In this document: piece after piece, positions 27,864-40,341 of the stretch
Layout of the letters: every line of letters begins with the position of its first letter
How positions within the stretch are numbered: position 1 is the stretch's first letter
Source of the DNA: Chara braunii
Taxonomy: Eukaryota; Plantae; Charophyceae
Length of the DNA: 64,000 nucleotides
Assembly (NCBI GenBank): GCA_003427395.1
Contig: BFEA01000032.1
Span: forward strand, 4,907,489 to 4,971,488
Direction of reading: 5' to 3'
Position numbers and translations under genes: made by a program
Notes under the pieces: model-generated
The model's database searches: none
What the model saw: only the letters and a program-made list of their open reading frames with translations
Told to the model about the DNA's origin: nothing

Positions 27864-28534
27864 CTGGTTAGCACCCCGTACGCGTACGCCATATGTACGC
27901 GTATGTATTCTGGCGTACATATACGAACCCAAACTCGCGCGTACTCGTACCTTAAAAAAAAAAAAAAAAAAAAAAATTATGTTGTGTAGAATAAGATAAA
28001 AACAAATTTTGCCTGGGAGTCATTCTCGAATTCCCAACCAACCTTGATTTAAAAATAAAAAAAACTTAAAGAGAACTTCAAAAAAACAAAACAAAAAGAA
28101 CTCTAGAATAATTTTTCAATTACTATGATAATATTACCTTTTTTTTGAGTTTTTTATTTTTAAATCGAGTTTGGTTGGGATATCGGGGATGACTCCCAGG
28201 CACAAGTTGTTTGTATCATAATTCTGCATAACATATATTTGTTACAAAAAATATTTTTATTTTTTATGTTTATTATTATTATTTTTTAATTTTAATTTAT
28301 GTGTTTTTGATTTTTAACTCGAGTTTGATACGAAATTTCGAGATTAGTATAAGACAAAAGTTGTTTGAAATATTATTTTGCATAACACACGTTTGTTTCA
28401 TAATTTTTCATTTTATTTTTGTTTTTTAACGTATTTCTACATACGGGAGTACATGTACGAGTGTACATGTCACGTACAAGAATACGTGTACGTGTGTACG
28501 CGCTACCCATGTACACGTACGCCGTGTTACCCAA
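27864..28534. mobile_element. hAT-type MITE
   Basis: TIRs CTGGTTAGCAC / GTGTTACCCAA, 8-bp TSD-like CTTATGAC / CGTATGAG, GTACGCGTAC subterminal repeats and an internal inverted repeat (~27978-28235). Confidence 0.7.
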
Positions 28535-28840
28535 CGTATGAGTTTATCTTTTATTTATCCTATTTTACCTCAAGTTTGATGGATAAATGGGTGTTGAAGA
28601 ATTTGTGTGTTTATCTATTGATTTGGTGAATGTGTTCGTCAGTATAAGGGATAAGTTATGTTTTTCTTGGGAGCCAAGAAAGGACTGGGCACCGACTTAT
28701 GTTTTGAGTTAATATTCAGTGAAAGTTGTGACGCATGGTTAGACTTAGTGTCCTAGTCGACTGCCATACGACTGCGCTTGGAAGATCAGCGCTCCAAACG
28801 ATGGTTCGCGCACGGGTTTCATTCGGACGTTACACCGCAC

Positions 28841-30211
28841 CAGAGAGCGCAAACGGGTAACCGTTGCCCGTACCCGACTGTACCCAATTGTAACTGCCAG
28901 GTTACAGACGAGTATGGGTACCCGTTTCGAAGGCGGAGTTGGGTATGGGCATGCACAAACAAAAGGTGGTGGTTTTTAGGTCGGGCACAATTGCCCTTTT
29001 TGGAGATCACGGGTGGGTAGGGGCAGGTAGGGGTAGGGGTAAAAAAAATAAAAATGGGTATGGGCGGCGAGGAAAAAAAATAGATGGGTATGGGTAGGAA
29101 AAAAAATAGACAGGTATGGGCAGGTACGGGTGGCCCAAAAAAAAAAAGAGGTGGATACGGGTGGGTGGAGGTTCCCATCGGGTAACCGTGGTATACCCGA
29201 TGTAAGTCTTGTAGCTTTGCAAGCTTTGTATTTTTGCTCTAGCGTGATGCTTTTCTCATATTCCAAATTCCTCGCTCTCCCATGAAGCAAGCGTTTTTTC
29301 TCGCAAGAGTGAATTTTATGTCTTCATTTTTTTATTCTTTGTTTTTCAAATTTTCAGACTAGTTTCATATGTGTGTAAGCCTGGGTATGTAATATTTACG
29401 TGTGTGTGTGTATGTGTGTGTGTGTGTTGTGTGTGCATGTGTGTATGTGAGAGTGTACGTGTGTGCGACAGACTGAGGGTTGTTACATTTGCAGATGCTA
29501 TACAAGTAGCATAGGTTGCTGTAGCACCAGATGCATCCATAGCAGCATTAGAATGACCAGATGTAACAACTGTTGCTGTTGCAGCAGTAGCTGCAACAAC
29601 TGCCACATCTAAAAAATAGTAAAATAAAATAATAATATTAATAATAATAAAAATTAGCACGTGAATCCTGTGGCGTCCAAGGGGTTGGGGACACTTGGCG
29701 GCGGTTAAGGGCAACTAGGGGTGGTTAGGGACAATTAGGAACAAGTAGGGACGGTTAAAAAAAAATAATTAAAAAAAATAGGGGCGGTGAGGGACAGTTA
29801 GGGATAGTTAGGGGCGGTTAGGAACAGTTCGGGGGGGTTATGGGCGGTTAGGGGGGGGTGGGTGACGAGCACGGGTGGTTACGGGTGGATGTATACAATG
29901 ATGGGTAGGTACGGGTGGGTACGGGTAAAAAAAACTTGGTTAGGTAGAGTATGGGTGGTTAACAAACGGTTTGGGTTCAAGTGGCCATTGGTGGTTTTGC
30001 AAAAAAATGTTCATGGGTAGGTTTGGCTAGTTACATATTGACGAGGTTCAGGTAGGGTAGGTTTGGCTATTCTTTTGTTTCTTTTTTAGCAAGTGGAGAT
30101 GGGTAAAGGTCCATGAGGCCAGGTATACAATAGGTATGGGTGGTTGGCTTTCAAAGAGGGTGTGGTTAGGTCAGGTACAGGTATTCCTAAAAATCCCAGT
30201 TGTGAACTCTG
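28841..30211. mobile_element. Non-autonomous hAT-type DNA transposon
   Basis: TIRs CAGAGAGCGCAAACGGG / CCCAGTTGTGAACTCTG and 8-bp TSD CACCGCAC / GACCGCAC, with GGGTA/TACCC subterminal repeats. Removing it restores the LTR U5 block. Confidence 0.85.
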
Positions 30212-32609
30212 GACCGCACGTACCCCGTATGCTACTGCGAATGAGAAACGCCCTCAGCTGGGACACCTGTACGATTGTATTCGAGAAGCCTTCATACGTG
30301 GTTCGGTAGCTCGGCGAAGATACGCCCACCGAAGGAAGGTGACAACTCCCGCAGGTGGAGGTAAGTTGTACCTCGCACGACCCTATCCTGTCGAAGGGGT
30401 TCGCGAATGATATGACTATCACACTCGGTTGGAGCGACACCACTCTGCGAGAAGTCCTGCAAAATCCTGTGTGGCACGACCGAGAGTTTGATGATACTGT
30501 TGGTGGTGGTAATGGAAAGGTTTCAGGGATCAACCACCCCTTCTTGATTCTTCTAATTGTCGAGCTTCATGCGCACGTGTAAGTAGCAAAAAAAAAAGAG
30601 TTTGGTGGTGCGCCAGATGAGAGACTTTTGAAAAGTTTTTTTTGTAGGATAGAAACCCGGTAGCCGTAGATATAGATGGTAGACCCTTGAAACAACTGTG
30701 ACCAAGATGCGACCTTAAGTAAGGTGGAATATAAATGAAGTCTGATATATGAGAGGTTTTGCGTCGGGACTCACCGGACAAGCCTAGGTGAGTTGGTGAG
30801 ACAAACGAGTGAGAGGCAGCAGACTTAGGTTCCAGTCTAACTGACACAAATAAAAGGAAGGAGGGCATGTTCGAGCCTCGAGGAGATATGAAAGTAGGGT
30901 AGTCCCTCGAGGCCTTGCTTTTAGCGTTTGTCCTTTGAGGTACTTAGTGCAACTAGAGTAGTATGTGGGAGTGGGATGGTGTTGCACGAACCCCAAGGCC
31001 CTTAGTTGCACAGTTTGAGTGGTACGGGCCAAGTCGTGAGGCTATGAAGGCTCGTCTTGTCTGGAAGCTGAGTTTTTTTTTCGACAAAAGTTGGGCATTG
31101 AGGGTCGTCAGGGAGATGGAAGAGGAGAAGCCGAAGTTGAAGGCGAAGGAAATCGATGACGAAGATGGACATGATGGGCACAAATATGAGTATCTTCTTC
31201 ATTTCTTAATAAAATTGGATGAGGGTTTTCATACAAGGCGAACGGATTGGTTATGCAAGATTTTGGGTTTGGCCAGCAGTCTTGTCGGGAGGGAGTGCAG
31301 GTGCTCCACATAGGTCAGTTCTCGCTCGATGACTCTGAGAGGGAGTTGTGATCGCCAGTCATCGAATGGAATAAAGAAAAGGGAAGGTTGACCTTGGGGT
31401 TTGTCACCATGAGCGAATTGAATGGCAACATTAGTTTGGTTGCTAGGGCGTTGTGTGACAAGTTGGAGTACAACTGAGGGGAGGAAAATGTGAATATATA
31501 TTTCGACTAACGTGCGGTTGATAGAGAGGTTGCACCTTGGTTGTGTGATTACTAACACGTCCGAAAAAAGGCTTGAAGGCCTAGCAATGAGGCGCTATGA
31601 GTATGGTTATCACCTCACAATTTAGTTGTTCGTACATCTTGTTATCCTCAAGATGATTGGGGAGTTGAATCAGTGACCGGACTGCAACTATTAAAAGATT
31701 GATCTAAGCGCATCGTGAATCTAGTCGGGTTGTAGGCCAGATACGGGCAGTGCCAAGTGCTATAAAAGAAGAAGTTGGGAAAGTCAGTATACCAATATGA
31801 TTGAGGTCTCACATGCTGAGGGATGAGTGAACTCGTTTGGTAATGTCATTTTGAATCGCGCTTGCGGTGGTTAGATTTAGACATGTCGCTGAGCAGAAAA
31901 AACAAACATAGTGAGAACTCTCAATCGACTGATTCTAAGTAAGGTTTGGATTCACTTTTTATGTTTTTTTTTTTTTTTTTAATATAAGGTTGTGTGGGGT
32001 GTCGGGGACGGTGTGAGGACGGAGAGCATGTTCGCTAGGAGGCTGGATGCACCGAGTTCAGCCTCTCGTCGGCTTAGTGAACCCGCCACATACAGAGAGC
32101 ACTAAAGCACAGAGTCCAAAACCTCGACTACACACATCAGGAGGTATTGACCCAACTCGGTGCTACCCAGTCGCCAACAACGGGATATGCCATGCTCGCA
32201 CTTAGGTTTGGAGGTCCCCCAAGGCACTCTATCGAGAGATGTCATCACATCCTGCCACTTGCCACCGAAGGAGACTGTCGTAGTAGGACTGCTAGGAGAA
32301 CGATGAACCTTGATATCCCCTTCCCTAACTCTCACTATTGAGTCCAACCCTTTTCTCCCCCCACCACCCATGAACCCGCACAACCTAAGAGGGGGTGCAA
32401 GCAATGCTCTCCTACAACCCACACAGAGCAATGTCGTATAGCACGCCCAAGGGGAAAGCCACCGACAATGGGTGGATCCCACAGTTCCGAGTCGTATCTT
32501 GATACCTTTGCGCACAACTGAGTTTCGAGCTTTCAACTACTTGCGTTGCCCAGTGTTACAGTGTACACACAAGCCCGTCAGTCGAGGACCGCAAGCGGAA
32601 TGCGCAGGG

Positions 32610-32691
32610 TGCAAGTCCGAGGATTTGAACCTACGCCTATATGCCACAATCCGCATTTGAACTAGTGCTATGCCCACTGAACTAAGGTTAT
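32610..32691 (-). mobile_element. tRNA-derived SINE head (Pol III A and B boxes)
   Basis: Minus strand has TAGTTCAGTGG (A box, 32674-32684) and GGTTCAAATCC (B box, 32621-32631). There is no intact cloverleaf, and the 3' end was not located. Confidence 0.65.
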
Positions 32692-35382
32692 GAGTATTTC
32701 ACGAGTGTTTTCTGCCCTGCGACTTTGGTGGTTGAGTGAGGGCGAGTAACATGGTAGTAGCATGAGAGGTAAAGGGGAAGTAGGGAACTGGGCTAAGGAG
32801 ATAGGCGCAATGAGAAAGAAAGTTCAAGAGGAGTGATACTTACCTCAAGGTTGACTAGTCACGCCTTTGCCTTGGTGAGCATTGCTTTGAAGTGTTTGAC
32901 ATCAACTGATTCATAGTATTAGTTTGGTCGTTGGGGCACAAATTAAGAAGCTAATGAAGAAAAGAGGAAGTCAATTGGTTGTTACTTCGAAATGCAATTC
33001 AATTGCAGTCGCTGTTTGAATCAGTGGTTGGGTGCTATATTAGTGATTGTGTCAAACTCATAACATCTCACTACGTTTATGATTGTACTCATAACATATA
33101 CTATTACTGTATTTGTAACTGGTTTGTGATATTAATGAATTTTCACGATATTCATAATTTTGTATGTGTCCCCGGCCTTCGTCCTTACTCATAGTTGTAT
33201 GTGTGTCCATATACTTTGTTCTTAGTTGTGTTTTTGTTTCGCGTACGTGTGTGTAGTTATACTTATGCATTCCCTGGTAATCGTCAAGCTAAACTTTTCT
33301 TGTCGGGAGTGCTTCTGCTCGTATTTAGACATGTTTGTTCTCGTGATTTGTGGTGCCCATGTTCGAGTTGCTGCAGACTCGCAGCCACATTTTTTACGGT
33401 TTCGATTGTATTCGTTACTTTAATGATCATGTTCAGAATCTGCTATAATCACAACATTATCATCATCATCATCATATTCAATTGTGATAATTTGTTTTCA
33501 CTAGATTCAATCACGATTATCATTTATCCCGACGTCGACCATGTTCGCCCTGTCTATCGGATTTAACGACGATCACGATCAACGTTTTTTCGTGAAGGCG
33601 GATTTGTCCCGACTTATAATCGTGGTTGCTTTGCCTTGGGACCCTGACCATTTTGTTGATCGCGTGTATTTGCTAGGAGCAACGAAACTTTTGTGGTTAC
33701 AATCCTTGTTTGCGTTTTTCTTATATTAAAATCATATTCGTTTTACTAGTAATCATAATCTTTTTTTTTTTTTTTGAATGATCACACTTATTTGTCACTT
33801 ATGGTCGGCTTCGTTCCTTCCTCGCGGTCATATTCATCCTTTCTCTACGACCATCATGATATTTGTTCCTTTTTGTCATTGCATGTATTTTTCTTTGTAG
33901 ATTTATTCATTTAATAGGGTTAACTTTGTTTGTAACGGAGTGTGTACAAAAAGAGAGAGTCGATACATGAGTAAAAAAACAAGAGAGCATAAGTTGAGGT
34001 AGATAGATTCGGAAGGAGGAAAAAAAAGAAGAGAGGAAGTGAGAATTTGAAAGAGAAGGGGAAGAAAAAACGTCTGATCAAAGGTTAACCTAACTGGTTG
34101 AACTATATAGTTCCCACTCGACCCATTTTGTTTATTTGCATAAATCAAGATAAAGGCACAATCAGATACATCCCGCTCGGTGTGCGTGATCATGATCGGT
34201 CATGCTGACTGTGCTGCGTAATTGAGTAGAATGAGAGAGAAAATGATGGAAAAGGTGGAAAGGAGAATATGAAATTACTAGAAGATTGTGAGGAGGAGAG
34301 GAGAAAAAAAATGGTAAAAGATAAGTGAAAAATAAGGTACATGAAAGAGCAGTGAGAAGGAGGGGAGAAAAGTAAAAAAAAGGAGAATAGAGTGAGAAAG
34401 GTAGGGGATTAGTGGTAAGTTTAGAAAACGATAATGAGGGGATAAAGGAGAGAGAGGGGAAATAAGTGGGGGGAAGTTGATTAGTGAGTAGAGGGTGATA
34501 CCCAATTCTTGGGTGGCCAAGAGCATAAAAATCACAAAGATCCTATGGATCTTGACTTCAAACACCCCTTTGGGAAAGAGGTCTTTAAGATGAGGATGAA
34601 CTGCTGCTGCAACAGTTGAATCTCATCGGATGGATCAGATCTGCAGATAAAAACTACATGCATATATCTGGGCTAGGCTGAGATCTTGATAAGCTACCCA
34701 GTTCTTACTGTACCGCAGCCCCCTAGCCAAGAGGGTCTTCAAGTTCAAAGCCCTCAGCAAACTGCCACGTGGCACTGCAGATGTGGCACGGGGCGAGGCC
34801 ATGTTGCTCGCTACTCGATGCTTGCCGATGTGGGGGGAATAATAAATAGTCGGTGTGACACTCTTCAACACCAGCGCGTCACTCACACTACCAACTCGTA
34901 AGTAGATTTTGACCACTGTGTTAAGGCAATGGCCACACACGCTGTCGTACCAAATACCCTTACAAGGGTATTTGGCGTGCTTTTTGTAAGTCACGCTAGT
35001 GCGACCTCGTCCGAGGTTGATGGCGCATTCGCGGGTGAGAGTTGAGTCCTTGCCCGGGTGAGTAGAGCGCGCGAGGTATTGACAGCAAGGAGCAACCATG
35101 TGCGACCCGGTTTGTGCACTGCGTCACAGGCCAGCGGGACGTGTGACCCCTCGCCCCGTTACTTTTTTTTGTTTCCTCGTGTTTATTCTTATTTTTATTA
35201 ATTTTATTATTTTACTTCATTTTTACGGTTATCTTTGACCCGGTGACCGGGTCCGAGACCGACGCCGCGCACTTGGGTCTGGCTCGACTACTACTTTGCC
35301 GGACACGGGCGGCCGTTACGGCAGTCGAGGACCTTGATCACCCGCCTCTTTCCACAGGCCCGCTTGGGTTCCGGCGTGTCCT

Positions 35383-35660
35383 GGATACTGGCAAAAATTC
35401 CTCTGTCTACCCGTCTTGATACTTGGACTGGGGAGTTCAATGTGCATGCGAGCCGGTGGGTAATTAGCCCACGAGGAGGAAAGAAACCTTGGTGGGGGGA
35501 GTCGCTGCGGGCGCACCGTCCGCCAACCACGGTGTGTTGTGACAGGTTTGAGTGCAAGCATGCTGACCAGGGGTCCACAAGGTGGTGAACTATGCCTGGG
35601 CGAGGCCAATGGGCGCCGGTAAAAGGTTCCCGCAGTGCTGGCCGCGCGGCCCAAGCCGTT
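35383..35660 (+). pseudogene. Degenerate 28S/26S rRNA fragment (sense) inside the LTR
   Basis: ACCCGTCTTGATACTTGGACTGGGGAGTT resembles ACCCGTCTTGAAACACGGACCAAGGAGTC. GGTGAACTATGCCTG follows at the expected spacing. Confidence 0.8.
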
Positions 35661-35671
35661 CCAGCAGCAGA

Positions 35672-35711
35672 CCACTTCGGCCCGCAAAGTTCTCATTTAA
35701 AGAATTGCTAC
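35672..35711 (-). pseudogene. Short degenerate 28S rRNA fragment (antisense to the LTR)
   Basis: CCACTTCGGCCCGCAAAGTTCTCATTTAAAGAATTGCTAC is a variant of the two longer copies. Confidence 0.65.
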
Positions 35712-35770
35712 AGCGGGGCCAGGGGGGCGCTGGTGGGAGGCTGCCGCAGTTTTTTGCTGTATGGCAAGGC

Positions 35771-35861
35771 TGTCCCAGCTGTTGTTCCATGGGACACCGC
35801 CCCCACCTCGATCTTCAAAGTTCTCATTTGAATATTTGCTACTACCGCCAAGATCTGCACC
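35771..35861 (-). pseudogene. 28S rRNA fragment (antisense to the LTR)
   Basis: Reverse complement GTGCAGATCTTGGCGGTAGTAGCAAATATTCAAATGAGAACTTTGAAGA is near-identical to a conserved eukaryotic LSU core. Confidence 0.92.
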
Positions 35862-35961
35862 AGGACCTGCGGGGTGGTGGAAGCCTGGGCAACCATGACC
35901 AAAGGATACACCGCCCGTTAACCTCAACCTGCTGCGAAAAGTGAGAGGGTTGGGTGTTGCA

Positions 35962-36210
35962 GGCCTGTGGGACCAGCAGCTGCGGACCCAGCTCAGTTGG
36001 TACACCCGCAAACTGCTGAAAATGGGCCTGTGGGAACTGCTGCAGCGGGCCTAGCTCAGTGGTACCCCCATGAACTGTTGAACAGGCATATGAGACCAGC
36101 ACCTGAGGACCTAGCTCAGATTGGTATACCCGCGGACTGTGGAAACATAGGCCCGTGGGAACAGCTGTCGGCAGGCCTAGCCCAGTTGGTAGACCTGCGG
36201 GCTGTTGAAA
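35962..36210 (+). repeat. Four tandem ~62-bp units, each a tRNA 5'-half with an A box
   Basis: CAGCTCAGTTGGTA, TAGCTCAGTGGTA, TAGCTCAGATTGGTA and TAGCCCAGTTGGTAGA, each followed by an anticodon-arm-like segment ending CTG(C/T)(T/G)GAA. Confidence 0.7.
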
Positions 36211-36407
36211 CACAAACCTGAGCTTAAACTCCACGGAAGGTGGGTGAGTGGGAGCTTGCGGGACATGTTGAAATACCGTTACTTTTATTTTTATTATTTT
36301 ATTATTGTTTATTACTATTATTATTATTATATTACTTATTCCAAGAGGTGGGGACTGAGCAAGGGGCGCCAGTGGGAGACTGCCACAATGTTGGCTGTGG
36401 AGCAAGT

Positions 36408-36686
36408 TGTCCCAGTAGTAGATTCACATGGAGCCCTTCCCCACTTCGGCCCCCAAAGTTTTCATTTGAATATTTGCTACTACCACCATGAGCTGCACCG
36501 GGCCCGCCTCACTTAGCTCACACTGCAGGCTGCACAGCAGGCCTGCGCCTTCCAGCTCATCGGGGAGTTGTGAAGGCCGATGTAGCCCTATCCCTTTGGG
36601 GCAAGCAGTCGGCAAGTGAGTTGATACACACTCCCTAGCAAATCTCAATTTCCACGACCACCACCACGCTGTCTGTATCAGCCACC
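36408..36686 (-). pseudogene. ~280-bp degenerate 28S rRNA fragment (antisense to the LTR)
   Basis: TTCACATGGAGCCCTTCCCCACTTC...TCATTTGAATATTTGCTACTACCACC...TCGGCAAGTGAGTTGATACACACTCCCTAGC...TTCCACGACCACC..GCTGTCT is colinear with LSU antisense. Confidence 0.88.
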
Positions 36687-37785
36687 AGTCGCTGAGGTGT
36701 ACGGGTTAGTGCGCAGTTTAGCGCAGATGGGAGGCAGCGGCTTAGCACAGGAAAGTGAGTGACGGGCAGCAGTGAAGAGAAGTGAACCTGGATAGGAAAC
36801 TGTGTCGGATGCATACAAGGCGAATTGGAGATGGCGGAGTCGATAAAAACGAATATGCCGACGGGGAAGAAGATGTTTTGCGACAGTTCCTCGATGGAAA
36901 CCGGCAAATGGAGGTTCGTTTCCTATGTTTTTGGCCAAGGCGAACCTAATGGCAGAGTAAGAAAGGGAAGTTAGTGGTTAGTTTTGGCGCTACAGAGGAA
37001 AAGTGGTGCGCGGGAGATGGCGGAGACGAGGAAGAAGGGGAGTGGGAACATTTGTATCTCGCTCGTTTCCGGACGAAATCGGGCGAGGGAGGACTCGAAT
37101 CGGGGGTTTTGGGGGTGGGAGACCCCGATTCTGAAGTCAGTACTGGTGAAAAGTCAGTAGAAAAGGAGTTAGTGGAGAAAGGAGCCGCGCGGAGGGATGG
37201 CAGAAGTAGATATGGCAAGGGTTGAAAAACAAAGATCTCACTCGATTCTGCACGGAATCGAGCGAACTAAAAGGCAGAATGGGGGTTTTGGAACATCACG
37301 AGTTCGATGGCGTGGTCAGTTTCTGTGATAAAGATACGGTTTTGGTGCTGCGGGACTCACGGGCTGCGCTGGGGAAAAGAAGGGCTGGAAAACGACAGTG
37401 TATCTTTCCATATTCTAGCGGAAGATACATTTTCATTTTGAACATTCGGTGGGAGAGTTTATTTGGTGGTCTTGCACTCTGCTGGTCACCTCCATTCTGT
37501 TGCTATCATCAGGGCTCAGTCGTTGTTGCCGGACACAGTCAAGGAGAGGGGCTGGTTGAGTTCGTCGCAGACGCCATCGAAGTCGTGGTGGTCGTATTTT
37601 GATCCACCAGTCCTGGCCATGTTCACGACCAGGTGCACTTGTTGGCTGAAGAGAGCGGGAAGGAGAACGGCGGGGGCTGCGCAACTACTAGTAAAGGCTT
37701 CAAAAATTTCAGATGTATCTTTCCGCGTTTTAGCGGAAGATTCATTCTACATTAGCACAATCTAATAAGGAGGGAGCATCAACGA

Positions 37786-37857
37786 GATAGATAGATAGAT
37801 AGATAGATAGAGATAGAGAGAGATAGATAGAGATAGATAGATAGATAGAGAGATATT

Positions 37858-37893
<36 letters not shown>

Positions 37894-37938
37894 GATAGAG
37901 AGAGATAGATAGAGATAGATAGATAGATAGAGAGATAT

Positions 37939-37997
<59 letters not shown>

Positions 37998-37998
37998 N

Positions 37999-38089
<91 letters not shown>
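37786..38089. repeat. (AGAT)n/(AG)n microsatellite inside the LTR
   Basis: Read directly from the sequence. Confidence 0.95.
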
Positions 38090-38092
<3 letters not shown>

Positions 38093-39769
38093 GGGCAACG
38101 ACACTCACCTCTAAGTGCTGGCGATGCGGAATGAGCGGAAGGTCGAGCTGTGGTGTCAGGCTGCAGAGCTCAACAACGGGAAAGATTCGTATGCATCTGC
38201 CCGGGTTTTAACAGAAAGATTCATTTTTACTGTGTGCCTTTGGTGGGTAGTGTAGCAAGGAGAACGTCATTCCCCGTGCTCGAGGTCGTCTTTGATGAAC
38301 CCACAGTCCGCTGTTTTCTGGTCGAGGTGGTGATCGTGCCCACTTTTGAGCATTGCAATGATGCTCTCCCTAAATCTGACTAGGGCCTGGGTCAGATGCA
38401 CCGAGTGAAGGTGGGCACAGTCATGATGAAGGGGGGGGTCGAAGCGAACAGGTATCAGGCGCGGAAGGAGGAAAGGCTATAGTGAGGCTAGAGCTCTCCT
38501 CTCATACTGATTACAATCAGATATAGAGAGAGATAAAGTAAGAAAGGGATGGGAGTGATGATGTAAAGGCACTTATCTGCTTATGGCAACAGCCTGTGCA
38601 TACAACATCTGCACGTATGTTGGTCGGTGCTGCTGACCGGATTGCTGCTCACAGTCCACGTTGCTGTGCATTGGCTCTGTGCTGCTGTAAGTTACTGCGC
38701 TTAAGCAGCCTGGACCTGCTGATATGCTTCATTGTTGTGCCTTGCTCAGAGTCTCCCGTGGTGCCTTTGCAACGCGGTTGCTGGTTAGTTTTTACGAATA
38801 TGGCTACCACTGTGCCTCGCTGCTGCTGGCGCCGTGTCTTTGTCATATCAACCGCGACACTTGCTGTGTGATACTGCTTGCTGGGAGCGGGTGCTAGTGC
38901 AGTGAAGAAGTGTGGAGGGCATAGGATTGGTCTGATTCAGTCTGTGTGCGCCTGGCTGCCTCCTCGCAGTTGTCTGTGCACAAGGACAGTGAAGTCACTG
39001 AAGTGCAAATCGTTTGTTGGACTTGGACATAGAGGCGGGGGACGTTGTCGGATGAGGAATTGGCTGACACATCACTTATTTTACCAGGCAACAAAGGGCA
39101 TTCTGAGCTGAGCTCAGCAAGATCTGGGCCTAGTGTTGGGTGCGGTCGGTCTTGCCACTTAGCTAGTTCAGAACTGCTGCCTGGCCTTGGGAATGTGCTG
39201 ACTGTGATAAAAAACAGACTGTTGTGGCTCTCTGGGAGGCTACTGTTGCAGCTGTTTTCAGAAGTTACTGTGATGACTGGTTCCTACCCGAACTACATAT
39301 TATTTTGGGACCGATTGTTACTACTCGAAGAGTTGTTGTTGTGTGATGGAGTACCGTTTGATGCTCCCAACTTCAGTAGGAGTTGCTTTTTTAAGAGATT
39401 GATGTCGCTGCTCCTAACTACTGTTATGAGTAGAGGCGTGGTTATGTGATCAAGAAAGATTGTTGTTACTATGGGGTTACTGTGGTACTTGGTGAGGCGC
39501 TGCACTGCAGCGACTGCGCACAACTGTTGTGCACGCAGTGCCTCATTGTGCTTTGGCCGCACATGTGCGGTGTTTTCTTGGGGGTGTGCTCTGCTTGAAC
39601 GCACCCTTCTTATGTTACGTAGTGACAGTTGGTCGGAGGGGGTAGCTTTGCGAGTTGAGGGAAGGAAACTGACTCTGCACAAGGATCATTGTTGCGGCTT
39701 GGACGACAGTCGGGAGGTCAACATTCGGCGTTTTGACTTCAGTTTGGCGGTATTACTGCGATTTTGGCC

Positions 39770-40036
39770 ACCATTGCGGGACCCTCAGGCGCACAAAGAT
39801 TATAAGGCCCTCTCCAGCGAGTCTGAGAGCACCCTTCTTGAATCTGAGAGATTGAATCTATCTCTTTCTGCCCTTCTTTCTGCAAGTCTAGTCTATTTGG
39901 TTCTGAGAGGAAGGCGGCAGGCGGGATTGCAACCCGTAGGACCGCAACAAGACTCTGTGGGGAGTCTGCCCACCGATTGCGGGAGCTCTGCTGGAACTCA
40001 TGAGGAGTTCTGGAGGCAGGGAACTGAAAGGTAACC
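39770..40036 (+). promoter_or_regulatory. Putative LTR promoter, first exon and splice donor
   Basis: Most conserved block versus 62060-62325. TATAAG lies at 39801, and conservation drops at AG|GT (40031; 62320 in copy F). Confidence 0.6.
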
Positions 40037-40341
40037 ATTGCTTTCTTTCTATAAACCCGGTATAACCCCTATCTGTATTCCCTGTGACGTTTCGACTGAG
40101 TAAATTGCATGCATCCCTATTTTGACTTTCAGTTTGACTTTCAGGATGAACCAGATTAAATAAAGGAATGTATGCTTAATCTCAGTTTCAACTTTGTTTT
40201 TTGACTGAAAGCAGATTGTAAAAAGGGAATGCATCTGGGAAAGCGTAGGATGGAACGCAGTTTTTGCGTGAGGGTTGACTGGGTCAATCGACTTGTTTAT
40301 TTTGGGGTTTCCTCTGTTTATTTCGTTCTTAACGAGGAGGT

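Larger units (their letters stand above)
26650..30445 (+). mobile_element. Old, internally deleted LTR remnant of the Athila-like giant-LTR family (copy A), interrupted by two MITEs
   Basis: 26650-27500 resembles the U3 starts at 45830-45990, 46690-47250 and 58320-58800. 28745-28840 joined to 30212-30445 matches the U5 block at 43105-43425. Confidence 0.7.

Noticed and set aside
32836-32845. U1 snRNA 5' end (ATACTTACCT)
   Set aside because: No U1 body follows. It is simply the reverse complement of a splice-donor consensus.
35383-36686. Functional rDNA locus
   Set aside because: The fragments are short, degenerate, in both orientations and inside an LTR, with no 18S, 5.8S or ITS.
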